This document shows positions 10,901 to 19,863 of a stretch of DNA of 64,000 bases, in pieces. Each line of letters begins with the position of its first letter. Position 1 is the stretch's first letter. Source of the stretch: a phage; the sequence record OZ346222.1; one strand, given 5' to 3'. The notes beneath the pieces were generated by a model, which was not told where the DNA came from, ran no database searches, and saw only the letters and a list, made by a program, of their open reading frames with translations. Position numbers and translations under genes: made by a program.

Positions 10901-13630
10901 ATAATCCCCGGTCCTGAGACTTTGGGCAATGCCGTTGACCCTTATATCATCATGACTGCACTGAGATCAAACATGGATGGGACATCCATGTCCATGCAAA
11001 TTCCGGTAACAAACGGATACAAACGTGTTGTGATGATCATTAAGTGCGACCTGATAGGTAAACAAGTTCTTGCAGAAAACGGGACATCCACACATCCTTT
11101 TGAGATCGCTCTGCACTATCAGTTTGCTGACTCACCTTTTGCAGGGGATAAGAGAATATCTGATACAGACGCACAGCGTTGTAAGAAAGTATTGTTGGGT
11201 GCAGGTTGGTGGTGGTATGAGTTTGATTTAACAGACAAATTCACCGACACGTCTAAAGTTGTAACAGGACTTCGTCTAGACCTTGGCGAGAACATGCACA
11301 AAGCTGTTTGTGATGGCACCTATGGTGACCCTACAATATACCTAAAATATGTTTCTTTTGAGCATCCGGAAGATGTTGTCTACGGTCCAAAACTGAGATT
11401 GTTTGGCAGCTGGATTGCAAAAGATAGGGTAGGCATGGGTAAGAAGGTAAGAGGGCTCTTGGTTGATGCAGGAACAGAAGACATGCTGGTTAATGCAGTG
11501 TGGCCTGAATTACCTGGGACTCAGTGGGACAACTCAGCCAAATCTATAAACTGGTTTAACATTCATAGGGCCATGTGGACCACTAACTGCTACTTGTGGA
11601 GAGAGCTTAACGATCAGGCCTTTGGATTCAGCGATGGTAGAAGGATGGCGATCATTTGCTGGACAACACTGCAAAGATGTTATGACCATGACTATGAGAT
11701 TGGGGGCAGGGCATGGAAAAATATCAGGGATAGAATCATAACCAATTTTGCAGACGACAACGGTGGTGGAGCACATAACTTTGGCACAAGCCGACTCATC
11801 CATTTGAACGGATCCTCAGCCTACAAGAAAGAAGGTTACTCTGGGTCTATGATCGAGTGGGGTCTGGTGAAAGATGCTCGCGTATTGATGGGCCAGCAAC
11901 TTGCTGCCGCAATAGGTCCCAGCGCAGTGCAGTCGGTTAAACCAGCGTGGTTCGATATTCCATTGTGGTCACCCGGAACACCGGGAACTGCTGCAATCAA
12001 CCCTACCACTGGGGATCTAGAAATCTCCTGGGAGGACTTGAAGCAGGTCGGTGGTTGGGACAAAACAGGGTACCAGGTTCAGTGGTGGAGAGCTGATGGA
12101 TCTTTAGCTGCTGATGAGTTTGTTAAGGACAATTTCTACACTATGTCCTCTGCAAAAGCACAGCAATTATTTGGTCAGGCAACTCCGTCAACGATCACCA
12201 TGTCTATGTGCTGTAAAGACAACAGGACTGGAGCTTTGGGGCCAAGGGTTGCTAAAGTTTTCTCAGGTATTAAATGGAATCTACCTGTCCAAAGTATTTC
12301 ATGGAAGCAAATAGGTGATAACAAGCTGCTGGTTACCCCTGCCTGTCAGTTCAACGCAACTCTTAACGTTGATCCTGCTGTTGCGGCAAACTCAGCTAAA
12401 GCTTCTGACTTCTCTGTGTCTAACACTGCTATGGCAGATGTGAGGAAGATTGACACGCTGAACGCCAGAATTACCTGTAAAAACACTTATGGCACATTCC
12501 AGATCATCAACAACTTCACAGATGCTGATTCTAAGGTAGTGAGGACAGCAAGCCAGACTTTGAGTTTAGGAACTCTGGCCTATGCGGCCCTAATCACTGA
12601 ACAGTCGGCAACACTCCAAGGAGGTGGTGTAGGCAAGTCCATTACAACACCTGTGTGGAAGCCAAATGAGTGGGTTGTGTTTGATTTGACTGTGGACTTC
12701 TCCAGCGATAATAACTGGACATGGGTAAGGAATTGTTTGTCACAGTTGATGGGCGGTCCAAGCTCCGTTAGTGATAGTCACGACTCTACTGACCCGAGTG
12801 TGTTCCAGGTAGGTAAAACTCACCCAGAGACTGGAGAAACGTTGCCTGACAGGAAGTATGCTTTGGTTTGCATCTCTTACGGGAAGGCAGATGTCACCTT
12901 CTCAGGGACACACACTTATAACGGAACCTACAACTTCTCAAGGAAGTATAGTCTCAAAGCAGGGAACATTATAGACGAGGTTGGTGTGCTGTATAATCCG
13001 GGCAACGGCATAGGGATTGTTGGTGGTAAACTGCAGATGCAGGAACCTTCTATTACCCCTTCCAACGTATCCGGGATTAGAAAGACTTGGGAAAGTAGTA
13101 ATACCAACATTGCAACAGTGGATGCCACCACAGGACTGGTAACATTTAAAGCTACTGGGAATGTCACCATAAAGTTTGTAGTTACAGATGATGCAGGGCG
13201 CAAAACGTCTTCAACATCTTTTACTGTCAAACAGATGGCACCACAGTGGAGAATGTGGATAGGTACAGCAACAAACGGGGCATACCCTAATCCGGCAGGT
13301 ACTTCTGGTATGAAGACTTTCTCTACAAGCAAACCGATGGAGTACGGCAGCGGTCCTAAGGTAGGGCAGATGGTGTACTTTGGTGCGTATATTCCTGAAA
13401 TTATAGGGCTTCCGAGAAGTCAGCTTCAGTTGCTGTTTGGGGCTGGTGTTGACGATCTTGCCACTTTCGGGTATAGCGACAACATCGAGGCTGCAAGGAG
13501 TTCAGGATGGGTAGGGTTCAGAATGGAGTCTGGAAAGGAAGGCAGGATTCTAGGGACAGCCTCTATAGGTGTTATGTTCCCTGGTGACCAGCAGTATCGT
13601 CTAGAAGCCTACGCAACCTTTTCTCGTTAA
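7994..13630 (+). CDS. giant virion-associated protein with C-terminal Ig-like (Big_2-type) domain; putative adhesin/fiber
   Basis: 1878-aa uninterrupted ORF; Trp/Cys/Asn/Gly/Thr-rich, not the Ala/helix-rich profile of a tape measure; segment ATVDATTGLVTFKATGNVTIKFVVTDDAGRKTSSTSFTV matches bacterial Ig-like group 2 pattern. Confidence 0.55.
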   Translation: MLPIPLLKLGRHFLDKRGGIKELAVLSYPIDNSDGTSNTVSYVNSLAILFDDGQLNITGYNKFGECRTGDRNPINYPSETAWNVDHVWRADRAFVIRTFDNQFFYIGCTAGLIGSTAAGGNDVCVNEWTPLPEQIVKGLHLDTHPERLIEVMGGINNTVWVIAEAEGTGILKLYGSGNNTYGSLHVDKNQHATPVKIGETSENPETGPWKNPSINCEVHDNSVIFGGPRGFWIAGYDFLRNNSRNDLVWPPVQITRNDLRGIPADEEWKGFMCGPNGAIIATQRMHKPNDQQLVNVFYGQDVWGDDTWRSLNITYTHEVIMARGYGTSGIFFNNGTKQYRGFSRNLCNDIGAQSANNSPRANFIHYQALATAKYVEQRLPVSWTESVYFQGIHREGFLGTFTVVNGKLWWSGIPRGSFAGSNNLFGGRLNSQGFTEIPENWYKNVPVDSWGIEDIFDVNGVSNVSNIYIGDTVKMKLKPQPEGATFIIDKIELVNAAGTVVTDANYQFSTNWNHGGANEVVVTQYNRNINRRGLYSIKITYHDKHGTGRTYTTRTLNWNTIVPAYPSNGKWHTVGRNKQFHVNDTVYFGLNGTQPAVEGDTSYMVRLHRMDAGSVTYDVTQEIYDQRRATYDNIVKTQALWEFNPNGKGGKMLQVNEQNGTSLTVHEHPDPWPDPGKPRPGARTLKIVSHDAGYFGIRWEATVRYVDGTTNNIGITLGGTSEDNSLKIAYTPRGISIDSMDVVRNGYGDVNVKVTLGEHLGGERIIMYTFDHDPRTNGTYANQAWSYLINAPEPNTKEFYYGMKRDVCKKTGTHDWIAICVKDERTAWDEPVNRWFIGIPTRSDKYVAEYIVCMGGTNLNMCWNEDVNKYSDYDYMRDYSCNLWFNQTTGYPPRQARVNPAIFTDTQVFLTKQANEVQTFKNKYAPNKWFYNCYGAFFWGPGELPGGGSCLNEATYASDYIMGQVKKYKIIPGPETLGNAVDPYIIMTALRSNMDGTSMSMQIPVTNGYKRVVMIIKCDLIGKQVLAENGTSTHPFEIALHYQFADSPFAGDKRISDTDAQRCKKVLLGAGWWWYEFDLTDKFTDTSKVVTGLRLDLGENMHKAVCDGTYGDPTIYLKYVSFEHPEDVVYGPKLRLFGSWIAKDRVGMGKKVRGLLVDAGTEDMLVNAVWPELPGTQWDNSAKSINWFNIHRAMWTTNCYLWRELNDQAFGFSDGRRMAIICWTTLQRCYDHDYEIGGRAWKNIRDRIITNFADDNGGGAHNFGTSRLIHLNGSSAYKKEGYSGSMIEWGLVKDARVLMGQQLAAAIGPSAVQSVKPAWFDIPLWSPGTPGTAAINPTTGDLEISWEDLKQVGGWDKTGYQVQWWRADGSLAADEFVKDNFYTMSSAKAQQLFGQATPSTITMSMCCKDNRTGALGPRVAKVFSGIKWNLPVQSISWKQIGDNKLLVTPACQFNATLNVDPAVAANSAKASDFSVSNTAMADVRKIDTLNARITCKNTYGTFQIINNFTDADSKVVRTASQTLSLGTLAYAALITEQSATLQGGGVGKSITTPVWKPNEWVVFDLTVDFSSDNNWTWVRNCLSQLMGGPSSVSDSHDSTDPSVFQVGKTHPETGETLPDRKYALVCISYGKADVTFSGTHTYNGTYNFSRKYSLKAGNIIDEVGVLYNPGNGIGIVGGKLQMQEPSITPSNVSGIRKTWESSNTNIATVDATTGLVTFKATGNVTIKFVVTDDAGRKTSSTSFTVKQMAPQWRMWIGTATNGAYPNPAGTSGMKTFSTSKPMEYGSGPKVGQMVYFGAYIPEIIGLPRSQLQLLFGAGVDDLATFGYSDNIEAARSSGWVGFRMESGKEGRILGTASIGVMFPGDQQYRLEAYATFSR

Positions 13631-13639
13631 CAAGGGGGT

Positions 13640-13675
13640 AAATAAAAAGGGGCCAAACGGCCCCTTTCTTTTTAT
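13640..13675. terminator. bidirectional rho-independent terminator between convergent gene blocks
   Basis: AAAAAGGGGCC-AAAC-GGCCCCTTTCTTTTT: perfect GC hairpin with A-tract upstream and T-tract downstream, between + strand stop 13630 and - strand stop 13678. Confidence 0.7.
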
Positions 13676-13677
13676 AG

Positions 13678-13878
13678 TTAGTAATACTCCCAACATGCCC
13701 CATCTTCAGACGGCTTGACGCGCTTACCTTTATGGTCAACATAGGTATAGCCACAACCTTCACAAATAACAGGTGCTGCATAGCCTTCCTTCCACTGATC
13801 CTCAGTGATCAATCCTTTCAGATCTCCGCAGTCACGACCAAACAACTCTTCAGAACAGTCTTTACAAAAATCAGCCAT
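13678..13878 (-). CDS. small Cys-rich (zinc-ribbon-like) protein
   Basis: 66 aa with CxxC ... CxxC spacing (CKDC ... CEGC). Confidence 0.45.
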   Translation of the reverse strand: MADFCKDCSEELFGRDCGDLKGLITEDQWKEGYAAPVICEGCGYTYVDHKGKRVKPSEDGACWEYY

Positions 13879-13947
13879 CTCTATCAGTCTCCATATTTAA
13901 CCAATCTATATTACATATTGCCGAAGAAACAGTATTTCATTTCATCA

Positions 13948-14166
13948 TCACAGATCTCCAACAACTTCCCAAATACCCCAGTGAGCATCTATATCCTTGA
14001 TAAAGTATCTTTCTCCACGGTTTGTCCACACACCTATCCCAACTTTACCATCTATCCCATTGTATACATCTGCCTCATACTCTTTGCCCGGTGTAAAGTG
14101 TACACCCATCATAAGGGCTGTTATTCCATTAGGATTTTTAAATTTAACAAATTTTACTTTGCTCAT
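13948..14166 (-). CDS. hypothetical protein
   Basis: 72-aa ORF in leftward block; start/stop junction with upstream gene. Confidence 0.4.
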   Translation of the reverse strand: MSKVKFVKFKNPNGITALMMGVHFTPGKEYEADVYNGIDGKVGIGVWTNRGERYFIKDIDAHWGIWEVVGDL

Positions 14167-14167
14167 A

Positions 14168-14497
14168 TTACTTAATCCTTGCAGTTACAGTAGCGCTATA
14201 CCCCATGTAGTTATGAGACATAAAGAATGTAAGCCCTTTAAGTTCAGGATTCTTTCTAAGAAATCGTTTCAATTTTCGAATGCAATTAACACCATGATCA
14301 TAGTTTGAGAAATTAAATTTAATACCCTGCTCCATCATAGTGCACACTTCTCCATGGGTATGCCATTGTCTATCGTGGTCACAAAACCAGTAACCAATAC
14401 CTTCTTTTTCTTGGATATGCAATCCCCAAAATACTTTATGCATTGGATATTTTGGTTTTCTACCATGATAATGTAGTTTAATATTCACATGTGCCAT
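14168..14497 (-). CDS. hypothetical protein
   Basis: 109-aa ORF, His/Trp-rich. Confidence 0.45.
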   Translation of the reverse strand: MAHVNIKLHYHGRKPKYPMHKVFWGLHIQEKEGIGYWFCDHDRQWHTHGEVCTMMEQGIKFNFSNYDHGVNCIRKLKRFLRKNPELKGLTFFMSHNYMGYSATVTARIK

Positions 14498-14666
14498 TTT
14501 TTTGTTACTCCGTTCTGTATCTGTGATAATGAGAATAGCAAACTGGGGTGTGTGCTGTCAACAACATTTTTAAGCGTTTTGGGGAAGTTTTTTGAAAGGT
14601 GGGTGTAATCACAAGAGAGGGTGGAGTTATTGAAGGCACAGGCCTCTTTTGAGGCCTTAAAATCGA

Positions 14667-15047
14667 TTATGACACTTTGACGTAGCGCTCTGACAGAGCT
14701 GGAAAGCCAAAAGCAGTACCTATACTACCGTATGCTACCCACCATTGAAGTTCATCGTGACACCATTTTCCGATCAGGAAGGTGCTGGAGTAGCGGGTCA
14801 GTATTTTGGCATAAGCTTTAGGGTCTGCATCTTCTGGGATAATGATACTTGGAACATCTTTGTTATGGCCACAGCAGCAGTTTAGAGTTTTCAATCCTGC
14901 CGCCCATAGACTCATGATAGGCTTAGCCATGCACTTATCAAGGCACACACGTTTTTTGCCGTCACGGAGCTTTTTAGGCACATCAACGATAACATTTTGA
15001 TGCTTGGCACCTTTCACTTTCCAATTATAGGATTTACACTTGCACAT
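14667..15047 (-). CDS. hypothetical Cys-rich protein
   Basis: 126-aa ORF with multiple Cys clusters (CLDKC, CCCGH). Confidence 0.45.
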   Translation of the reverse strand: MCKCKSYNWKVKGAKHQNVIVDVPKKLRDGKKRVCLDKCMAKPIMSLWAAGLKTLNCCCGHNKDVPSIIIPEDADPKAYAKILTRYSSTFLIGKWCHDELQWWVAYGSIGTAFGFPALSERYVKVS

Positions 15048-15077
15048 TTAATCAGTCTCCATCTAGAAAGCAATACT

Positions 15078-15248
15078 TTACTTAAAATCTTTGTCACCTA
15101 TTACGATTGCACGAATCCACTCATTGTGATGTTCAATGGCGGTAAGGTGTAACATAATGCAGTGATTGTCATTACCAAACACGGTGCGGTAAGCTTTAGC
15201 AGCACCATGATATAACTTCCACATCAGGTAATGATATCTTCGCCTCAT
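15078..15248 (-). CDS. small hypothetical protein (sub-60 aa)
   Basis: About 56-aa ORF whose ATG overlaps the stop of the upstream 15245..15724 gene (ATGA); below the track length cutoff; coordinates hand-counted. Confidence 0.3.
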   Translation of the reverse strand: MRRRYHYLMWKLYHGAAKAYRTVFGNDNHCIMLHLTAIEHHNEWIRAIVIGDKDFK

Positions 15249-15724
15249 GGCTCTTTCTCCGGTTCAGGATCTGGGTAATCTTCAATAATAAAGGGCCATC
15301 CGTTCCGCTTAGCCTCAGACTTGTACTCAATCTCCTTCATTGCAAACTCTAACTGATTTTTAGCCGGAATACATGCCGGAGAATCATCAACCCAGATATC
15401 TGGGTAGATATCAAACTGCGCCAGGTAGGATGCCTTCTGAACACCGCCAGTATAAAACACACCAACATCGAGCTCCTTGCGCCAATACTCAATGTCCACA
15501 TTGTCTTGAGTAATGAATCGGAAAGTCACAAGGTATACTGTCCACCCCTCCTTCTTCAGGTCCCTGATCAGGCGGGAGAAGATGAACGGACTCGCATTGA
15601 ACGTTCCATCAAAGTCAATGGCAATGATGTGTGTGCCGTGGCGAGTCTCATATGGATTGCTTGTGGTAAGATTGCTGTAGTTAAAAGGAACTTCTTCCCC
15701 GCAGTAGCTGTAGTCCATATTCAC
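15245..15724 (-). CDS. HAD-superfamily phosphatase (nucleotidase / polynucleotide 3'-phosphatase-like)
   Basis: 159 aa; N-terminal IAIDFDGT matches HAD motif I (DxDGT) with a hydrophobic lead-in. Confidence 0.5.
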   Translation of the reverse strand: MNMDYSYCGEEVPFNYSNLTTSNPYETRHGTHIIAIDFDGTFNASPFIFSRLIRDLKKEGWTVYLVTFRFITQDNVDIEYWRKELDVGVFYTGGVQKASYLAQFDIYPDIWVDDSPACIPAKNQLEFAMKEIEYKSEAKRNGWPFIIEDYPDPEPEKEP

Positions 15725-15996
15725 ACCTTCTCGTTGATAAATTTACGGGCGGTTTGGTGAGTTGTTTCTGCTGTCTTCAGAATGATATTAATTTTATTGT
15801 CAAGATCATTCATCTCTGCAGTTAATTCAGGAATCTCTCCGGCATGCATAGTGAAATCATACATAGACATGCCCAGAATCTCATTGATGCGGCGGTTGCA
15901 TTCTGCAGCACGCTGGTTCATTTTCCAAGCTAACACCAAAGCCTCCTGCGTAGCCTCTAGTGCAAAATCTAATACATCGGCCTCTTCTTTCGTCAT
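15721..15996 (-). CDS. hypothetical protein
   Basis: 91-aa ORF, coupled to neighbours. Confidence 0.45.
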   Translation of the reverse strand: MTKEEADVLDFALEATQEALVLAWKMNQRAAECNRRINEILGMSMYDFTMHAGEIPELTAEMNDLDNKINIILKTAETTHQTARKFINEKV

Positions 15997-16051
15997 CTCA
16001 GTCTCTCCTGTTGTATTGTTGGTAGGTGCATGAACACCTTATATCTCACTT

Positions 16052-16618
16052 TTATTCAAACTGCAATAGTAAGTCCACCACCGCGCTAGGTCTGTCAACA
16101 AATTCCCCAGGTCCACATGCCCACAGAGGGTATCCGTCTACATACCGCCAAATCCAACCTGCAGTGTGGAGTTCGAGCAGGGCAGTACCGTCCTTACTGT
16201 CAACCACTCTTTCCCACAGTGTTGGGCAGCGAAGCTTGAGAATCGGATCACCTCCCTTATACCCGTCCATGTAGATACCCATTGCAAAGTTCAGCATCAT
16301 CTTTTTGTGCACTGATCTCTTACTGAGGGTGCTCATCACTTCCTCTTTGTGAATGTTTGTAAGCTTCTCTTTGGCTACCCGCAGATCGTTGCAACCATTG
16401 TTCAGCAGATCTTCCAGACACTTGATCCGGAGGTCGTGAATGTCTTTGTCGTGTACCGTTGGCACAGGGTCGTAGCGGTATAGCACTGTTGATACAAGGT
16501 TGCTCGGGTGTGGGTCTGACAGCAACCCATAACCCCAATACTCTTCTGTATCTGAAAGGACAAGACACCCAATGTCTCTGTCAAGCTTTCCTGTGTTGTA
16601 AGCCACATTGACCGCCAT
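16052..16618 (-). CDS. hypothetical protein
   Basis: 188-aa ORF. Confidence 0.5.
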   Translation of the reverse strand: MAVNVAYNTGKLDRDIGCLVLSDTEEYWGYGLLSDPHPSNLVSTVLYRYDPVPTVHDKDIHDLRIKCLEDLLNNGCNDLRVAKEKLTNIHKEEVMSTLSKRSVHKKMMLNFAMGIYMDGYKGGDPILKLRCPTLWERVVDSKDGTALLELHTAGWIWRYVDGYPLWACGPGEFVDRPSAVVDLLLQFE

Positions 16619-16620
16619 GA

Positions 16621-16866
16621 CTATAGCTCCACTAGCAAAGTGCTTTCAAAGTGCCGTTCATGCAGACCGTTGTAAGGGACCACTTCCACAACACCATCAC
16701 GGACATACGGGGCCATCATAGTGGTATAATCTCCAAACGGGTTGGTATTGTCACTAACCACAACCACCTTCTGCCCTTCCTTGGCAGAGTGCCAAATAGA
16801 TCTACACTTCATCAGGTGTTCGAGAGCTCCAGGTAAAATTTTGTTACGTTCTTTACGGGTCTTCAT
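16621..16866 (-). CDS. hypothetical protein
   Basis: 81-aa ORF, overlaps neighbour by 4 nt. Confidence 0.45.
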   Translation of the reverse strand: MKTRKERNKILPGALEHLMKCRSIWHSAKEGQKVVVVSDNTNPFGDYTTMMAPYVRDGVVEVVPYNGLHERHFESTLLVEL

Positions 16867-17312
16867 AACAGATATAGCTCCTTATGAAAGTGGTCTTTTA
16901 ATTTCTCACTGAGAAACTTCTTGATACCTTCCTCTAAAGTGTTTTCGATGTAGTCCAGCTTAACTGCTTCGATGGACATATCATAGATTGCCAGCTCTAA
17001 GCTGTCAAGTCCCATCATAGCATGAACCATAAGATTTTCATCTTCAGATACATTCAGGGGACTTCCTATAACATCTGGAGGCAGAATAGTTTCCCAATTA
17101 TTCTGGGTGGTAGTTCTCCCGCCATCTACTTTACGGCGCAGTTCGAATGTGTTCTTAGTGTAGAACACTTCATAAGAAACGATACGACTGTCACTCTCAT
17201 AATAAACGAAGTTCAGGTAGGAGCCTAGCCGCAGTCGGCAAACTTCCACCCCAAACCATTGTTTCTTATAAGAATTCAGGCTAATGCTGTCGCATTCACG
17301 TTTGCTCAACAC
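16863..17312 (-). CDS. hypothetical protein
   Basis: 149-aa ORF. Confidence 0.5.
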   Translation of the reverse strand: MLSKRECDSISLNSYKKQWFGVEVCRLRLGSYLNFVYYESDSRIVSYEVFYTKNTFELRRKVDGGRTTTQNNWETILPPDVIGSPLNVSEDENLMVHAMMGLDSLELAIYDMSIEAVKLDYIENTLEEGIKKFLSEKLKDHFHKELYLL

Positions 17313-17564
17313 GGCTATCTCCTTTTTGTTAATCTTCGTAAATCAGGATTTCTGCTTTAGGTTTTCGTGCTTTCAGGTCCAGCTCTATCCAGTGCACCAT
17401 AGCTGTTTCAAGAAAAACAGCTTGGATGCATCCGTCCTCAGCGTGCCCCCACCAACATAACGAGATCTTCACCTTCGTCATCTGCATCACGAACATAAAG
17501 AATCTCTCCAGATTCGAAGTCTTTCACAACCTGATTGCTAGATAATTTTCGAATTTTTGCCATA

Positions 17565-17828
17565 TCAGAAACCCTCTAAAAAGCTCTTGTAGAAAACAAT
17601 CTCAGTATCCACACCAGTCACAATCTTGTCGTTCCTGATTTCATCGGTAAGATAGGTGTCAAAACGCAGAACCTGTGTGGTGTTGTCACACATCCACTCA
17701 GCTGTGACCATTGCGAAAATCTTAGCATCTTCATTATCTGGTGTGAATGTTACCACCTCACCGCACTTAAACTTTTCGATAGGCTGAGTGTTAGCTTTCG
17801 GTTCTGCGATAGTGATTTTTGTGGTCAT
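17565..17828 (-). CDS. small protein, tandem paralog 3 of 3
   Basis: 87 aa; same length and shared pattern (basic N-terminus, C/PG-x-VV core) as the two upstream copies; junction overlaps. Confidence 0.5.
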   Translation of the reverse strand: MTTKITIAEPKANTQPIEKFKCGEVVTFTPDNEDAKIFAMVTAEWMCDNTTQVLRFDTYLTDEIRNDKIVTGVDTEIVFYKSFLEGF

Positions 17829-18091
17829 TATTCTCCTCCTTCTTTTGAATAGCTTGTCTCTCCAAGGATGGTAATTTTGGTGTCAAGCTCTGTAACTTTC
17901 ATGTTTGGCGGCAGATCGTACAACTCATTATTTTCTAAATCGAACCCCCACACACAATGTTCTCCTGTTTTGACAATCATAACTATGTTTTGAATGCCGT
18001 CTCCGTCGCAACTTACCACGGTCCCACACGGAAAACTGTCTGCACGCTTTTTGTTCTTCACCTTAGAATTGAATACAATGCTGGTAGCCAT
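17828..18091 (-). CDS. small protein, tandem paralog 2 of 3
   Basis: 87 aa; FPCGTVVSCDGDG core; ATG overlaps neighbour stop. Confidence 0.5.
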   Translation of the reverse strand: MATSIVFNSKVKNKKRADSFPCGTVVSCDGDGIQNIVMIVKTGEHCVWGFDLENNELYDLPPNMKVTELDTKITILGETSYSKEGGE

Positions 18092-18354
18092 TATTGTTCC
18101 TCCACCATAACTTCGCCAAGAATTTCTATGCAGGCATCCATTTCTGTAACAACCAAACTGTGAGGTAGTTCTACAAACACCTTTCTGAACAGGTCAAATA
18201 CCCCAACATATATGTTTGCAGGATGTGATTTTACAACAAGTGCTGTATTCACATCCCCAAGTTCATCAACAAACATCACCACAGTGCCCGGAGCTACTGA
18301 GGACAGATACTTCTTAGTTTTACGGTTTGATGCAAATTTTAACTCTGTTGCCAT
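18091..18354 (-). CDS. small protein, tandem paralog 1 of 3
   Basis: 87 aa; VAPGTVVMFVDELGD core; ATG overlaps neighbour stop. Confidence 0.5.
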   Translation of the reverse strand: MATELKFASNRKTKKYLSSVAPGTVVMFVDELGDVNTALVVKSHPANIYVGVFDLFRKVFVELPHSLVVTEMDACIEILGEVMVEEQ

Positions 18355-18369
18355 AAATAACCTCCTCTC

Positions 18370-19851
18370 TTACTTAGCGTACTCGATTAATTCCACAGTT
18401 TTCCCAAAGCTCGGGATATAATTTTTATTATACCCCTCAGTGAGGACCCATAGAGTATCGTACTTTTTCCACTTGTTGTCAACAACCTTTTGTTCAAAGT
18501 TATGCTCAAAGTATAGGTCGGTCAGGACGATGACATCTTTTGCATTAGGTATGTTGGCATCCAGATACTCGAACACGCAAGCAGCTGTTGTGCCCCATGT
18601 TGAGTGGACCTCATAGTTGATCATCTCGTCTATGTTGCCGCGAGTGTATACTTTAACCTCTCCAACCTCAGTTGACCAACAGAACATTGTAACCTTAAAC
18701 TCTTTATACAGATTGCACAATCCGGTGATTTCATTGAACATTTTCTTTAAAGTTCTTTGAGAGATCGAGCCAGAAACGTCTAAAGCCACCACAATATCTA
18801 TAGTGTTTTCCGGATTACGACCAGGAACAATAACGTGCTGGTTCTTGTTTATAGCCCCAACTTTTCGCATTGTGCTGGTCAAAGACCCAGATCGGCGACC
18901 AGGTTTTCTGTAGGTCAGTTCGGCCTTTCTTTTAGACAACATACGTTGCTTAATGATGTCTATATAGTTGATTACAGGCTTACCTCTGTTCTTGACAAAC
19001 TCACGCACCGCCTCAGGGCAACGGCCTCCGGACGCTTGCATTGCTGCCTCCAGCATATCACCAGAGTCCTGCATGGCCTGATCTTTATCAGATTGGCTGA
19101 TTACAGGTTGTGGCTGATCATACCCCATAGCCTTTCCAAGATTATCACTGGTGCCACCGTTCCCACTCATGTGATCATCGGTTTGTCGCTTATCACTTTG
19201 AGAGTTCTCACCTTTACCGTTCTTACTTTTACCGTTATTCTGATCTCTTTGCTTATCAAGAACTGCATAAACGTTCTCAGCAATCCATCCATGAAACTTC
19301 ATGTCGCAGTAGCAGCTGGCTAAGAAGCCAAAAGGCTTACCTTTCATGAACGTAGTGCTTTTCCCCTTCGGGAAGAAAACACAAGGAGGTTTGCTAAAGT
19401 CAACCACAAGGCCTGTGTTGATAACGTGATCACAAGCAATATTGAACAGTTCCGGCTCAAAGCTTTTACCACGGACTAGGTGATCACAGATAATATGCCC
19501 CACCTCATGTGACAGAAGGAAGGCCACCTCTTTCACAGATTTTGGGGAATAGAAAACTTCAGCCATCTCAAACTGCTCGTCAGTTAGAGAAGCCTTAAGA
19601 ATAGCCTTGCGTTCATCAGCCAATCCCATAATGAACTCAGGACTGTAATAGATGCGTTTATGGTCGGTTGCCATGGTGGAGCACCATGTGTGGTTTTCTA
19701 CGAACTGCAACCCTGACAGTAGTGTGCCATAAAACGGCAGCTTTTCAAGGAGATACATACGTGCAGCCTGCAACATTCTCAGGGCATCATCTTTCTGCGA
19801 GGCAATGATTTCTGAACTTCTGCTATCCATTAAAACTCCAGAAGGGGCCAT
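18370..19851 (-). CDS. vWA-domain protein with N-terminal HExxH metallopeptidase-like domain
   Basis: 493 aa; HEVGHIICDH (HExxH) in the N-terminal half; VVALDVSGSI (DxSxS MIDAS motif) in the C-terminal half; architecture typical of VWA partners of MoxR-type ATPases. Confidence 0.65.
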   Translation of the reverse strand: MAPSGVLMDSRSSEIIASQKDDALRMLQAARMYLLEKLPFYGTLLSGLQFVENHTWCSTMATDHKRIYYSPEFIMGLADERKAILKASLTDEQFEMAEVFYSPKSVKEVAFLLSHEVGHIICDHLVRGKSFEPELFNIACDHVINTGLVVDFSKPPCVFFPKGKSTTFMKGKPFGFLASCYCDMKFHGWIAENVYAVLDKQRDQNNGKSKNGKGENSQSDKRQTDDHMSGNGGTSDNLGKAMGYDQPQPVISQSDKDQAMQDSGDMLEAAMQASGGRCPEAVREFVKNRGKPVINYIDIIKQRMLSKRKAELTYRKPGRRSGSLTSTMRKVGAINKNQHVIVPGRNPENTIDIVVALDVSGSISQRTLKKMFNEITGLCNLYKEFKVTMFCWSTEVGEVKVYTRGNIDEMINYEVHSTWGTTAACVFEYLDANIPNAKDVIVLTDLYFEHNFEQKVVDNKWKKYDTLWVLTEGYNKNYIPSFGKTVELIEYAK

Positions 19852-19863
19852 TGGCCCCTGTCA

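Noticed and set aside
7994-13630. Tape-measure protein assignment for the 1878-aa ORF
   Set aside because: Composition is Trp/Cys/Gly/Asn-rich with an Ig-like domain and lacks the helical Ala-rich character of tape-measure proteins; adhesin/fiber is more consistent.
13732-14308. Plus-strand ORFs 13732..14175 and 13997..14308 antisense to the leftward gene block
   Set aside because: They overlap better-supported minus-strand genes, have low-complexity Ile/Leu/Ser-rich translations and no RBS; treated as antisense artefacts, as were the many 60-130-aa antisense ORFs inside the tail fiber, giant protein and replication genes.
14641-14662. Perfect 7-bp hairpin AGGCCTC-TTTT-GAGGCCT downstream of minus-strand gene 14667..15047 as a terminator
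   Set aside because: No U-run follows it on either strand and it lies in the middle of a co-directional gene series, so termination is unlikely; possibly an RNA processing or stability element.
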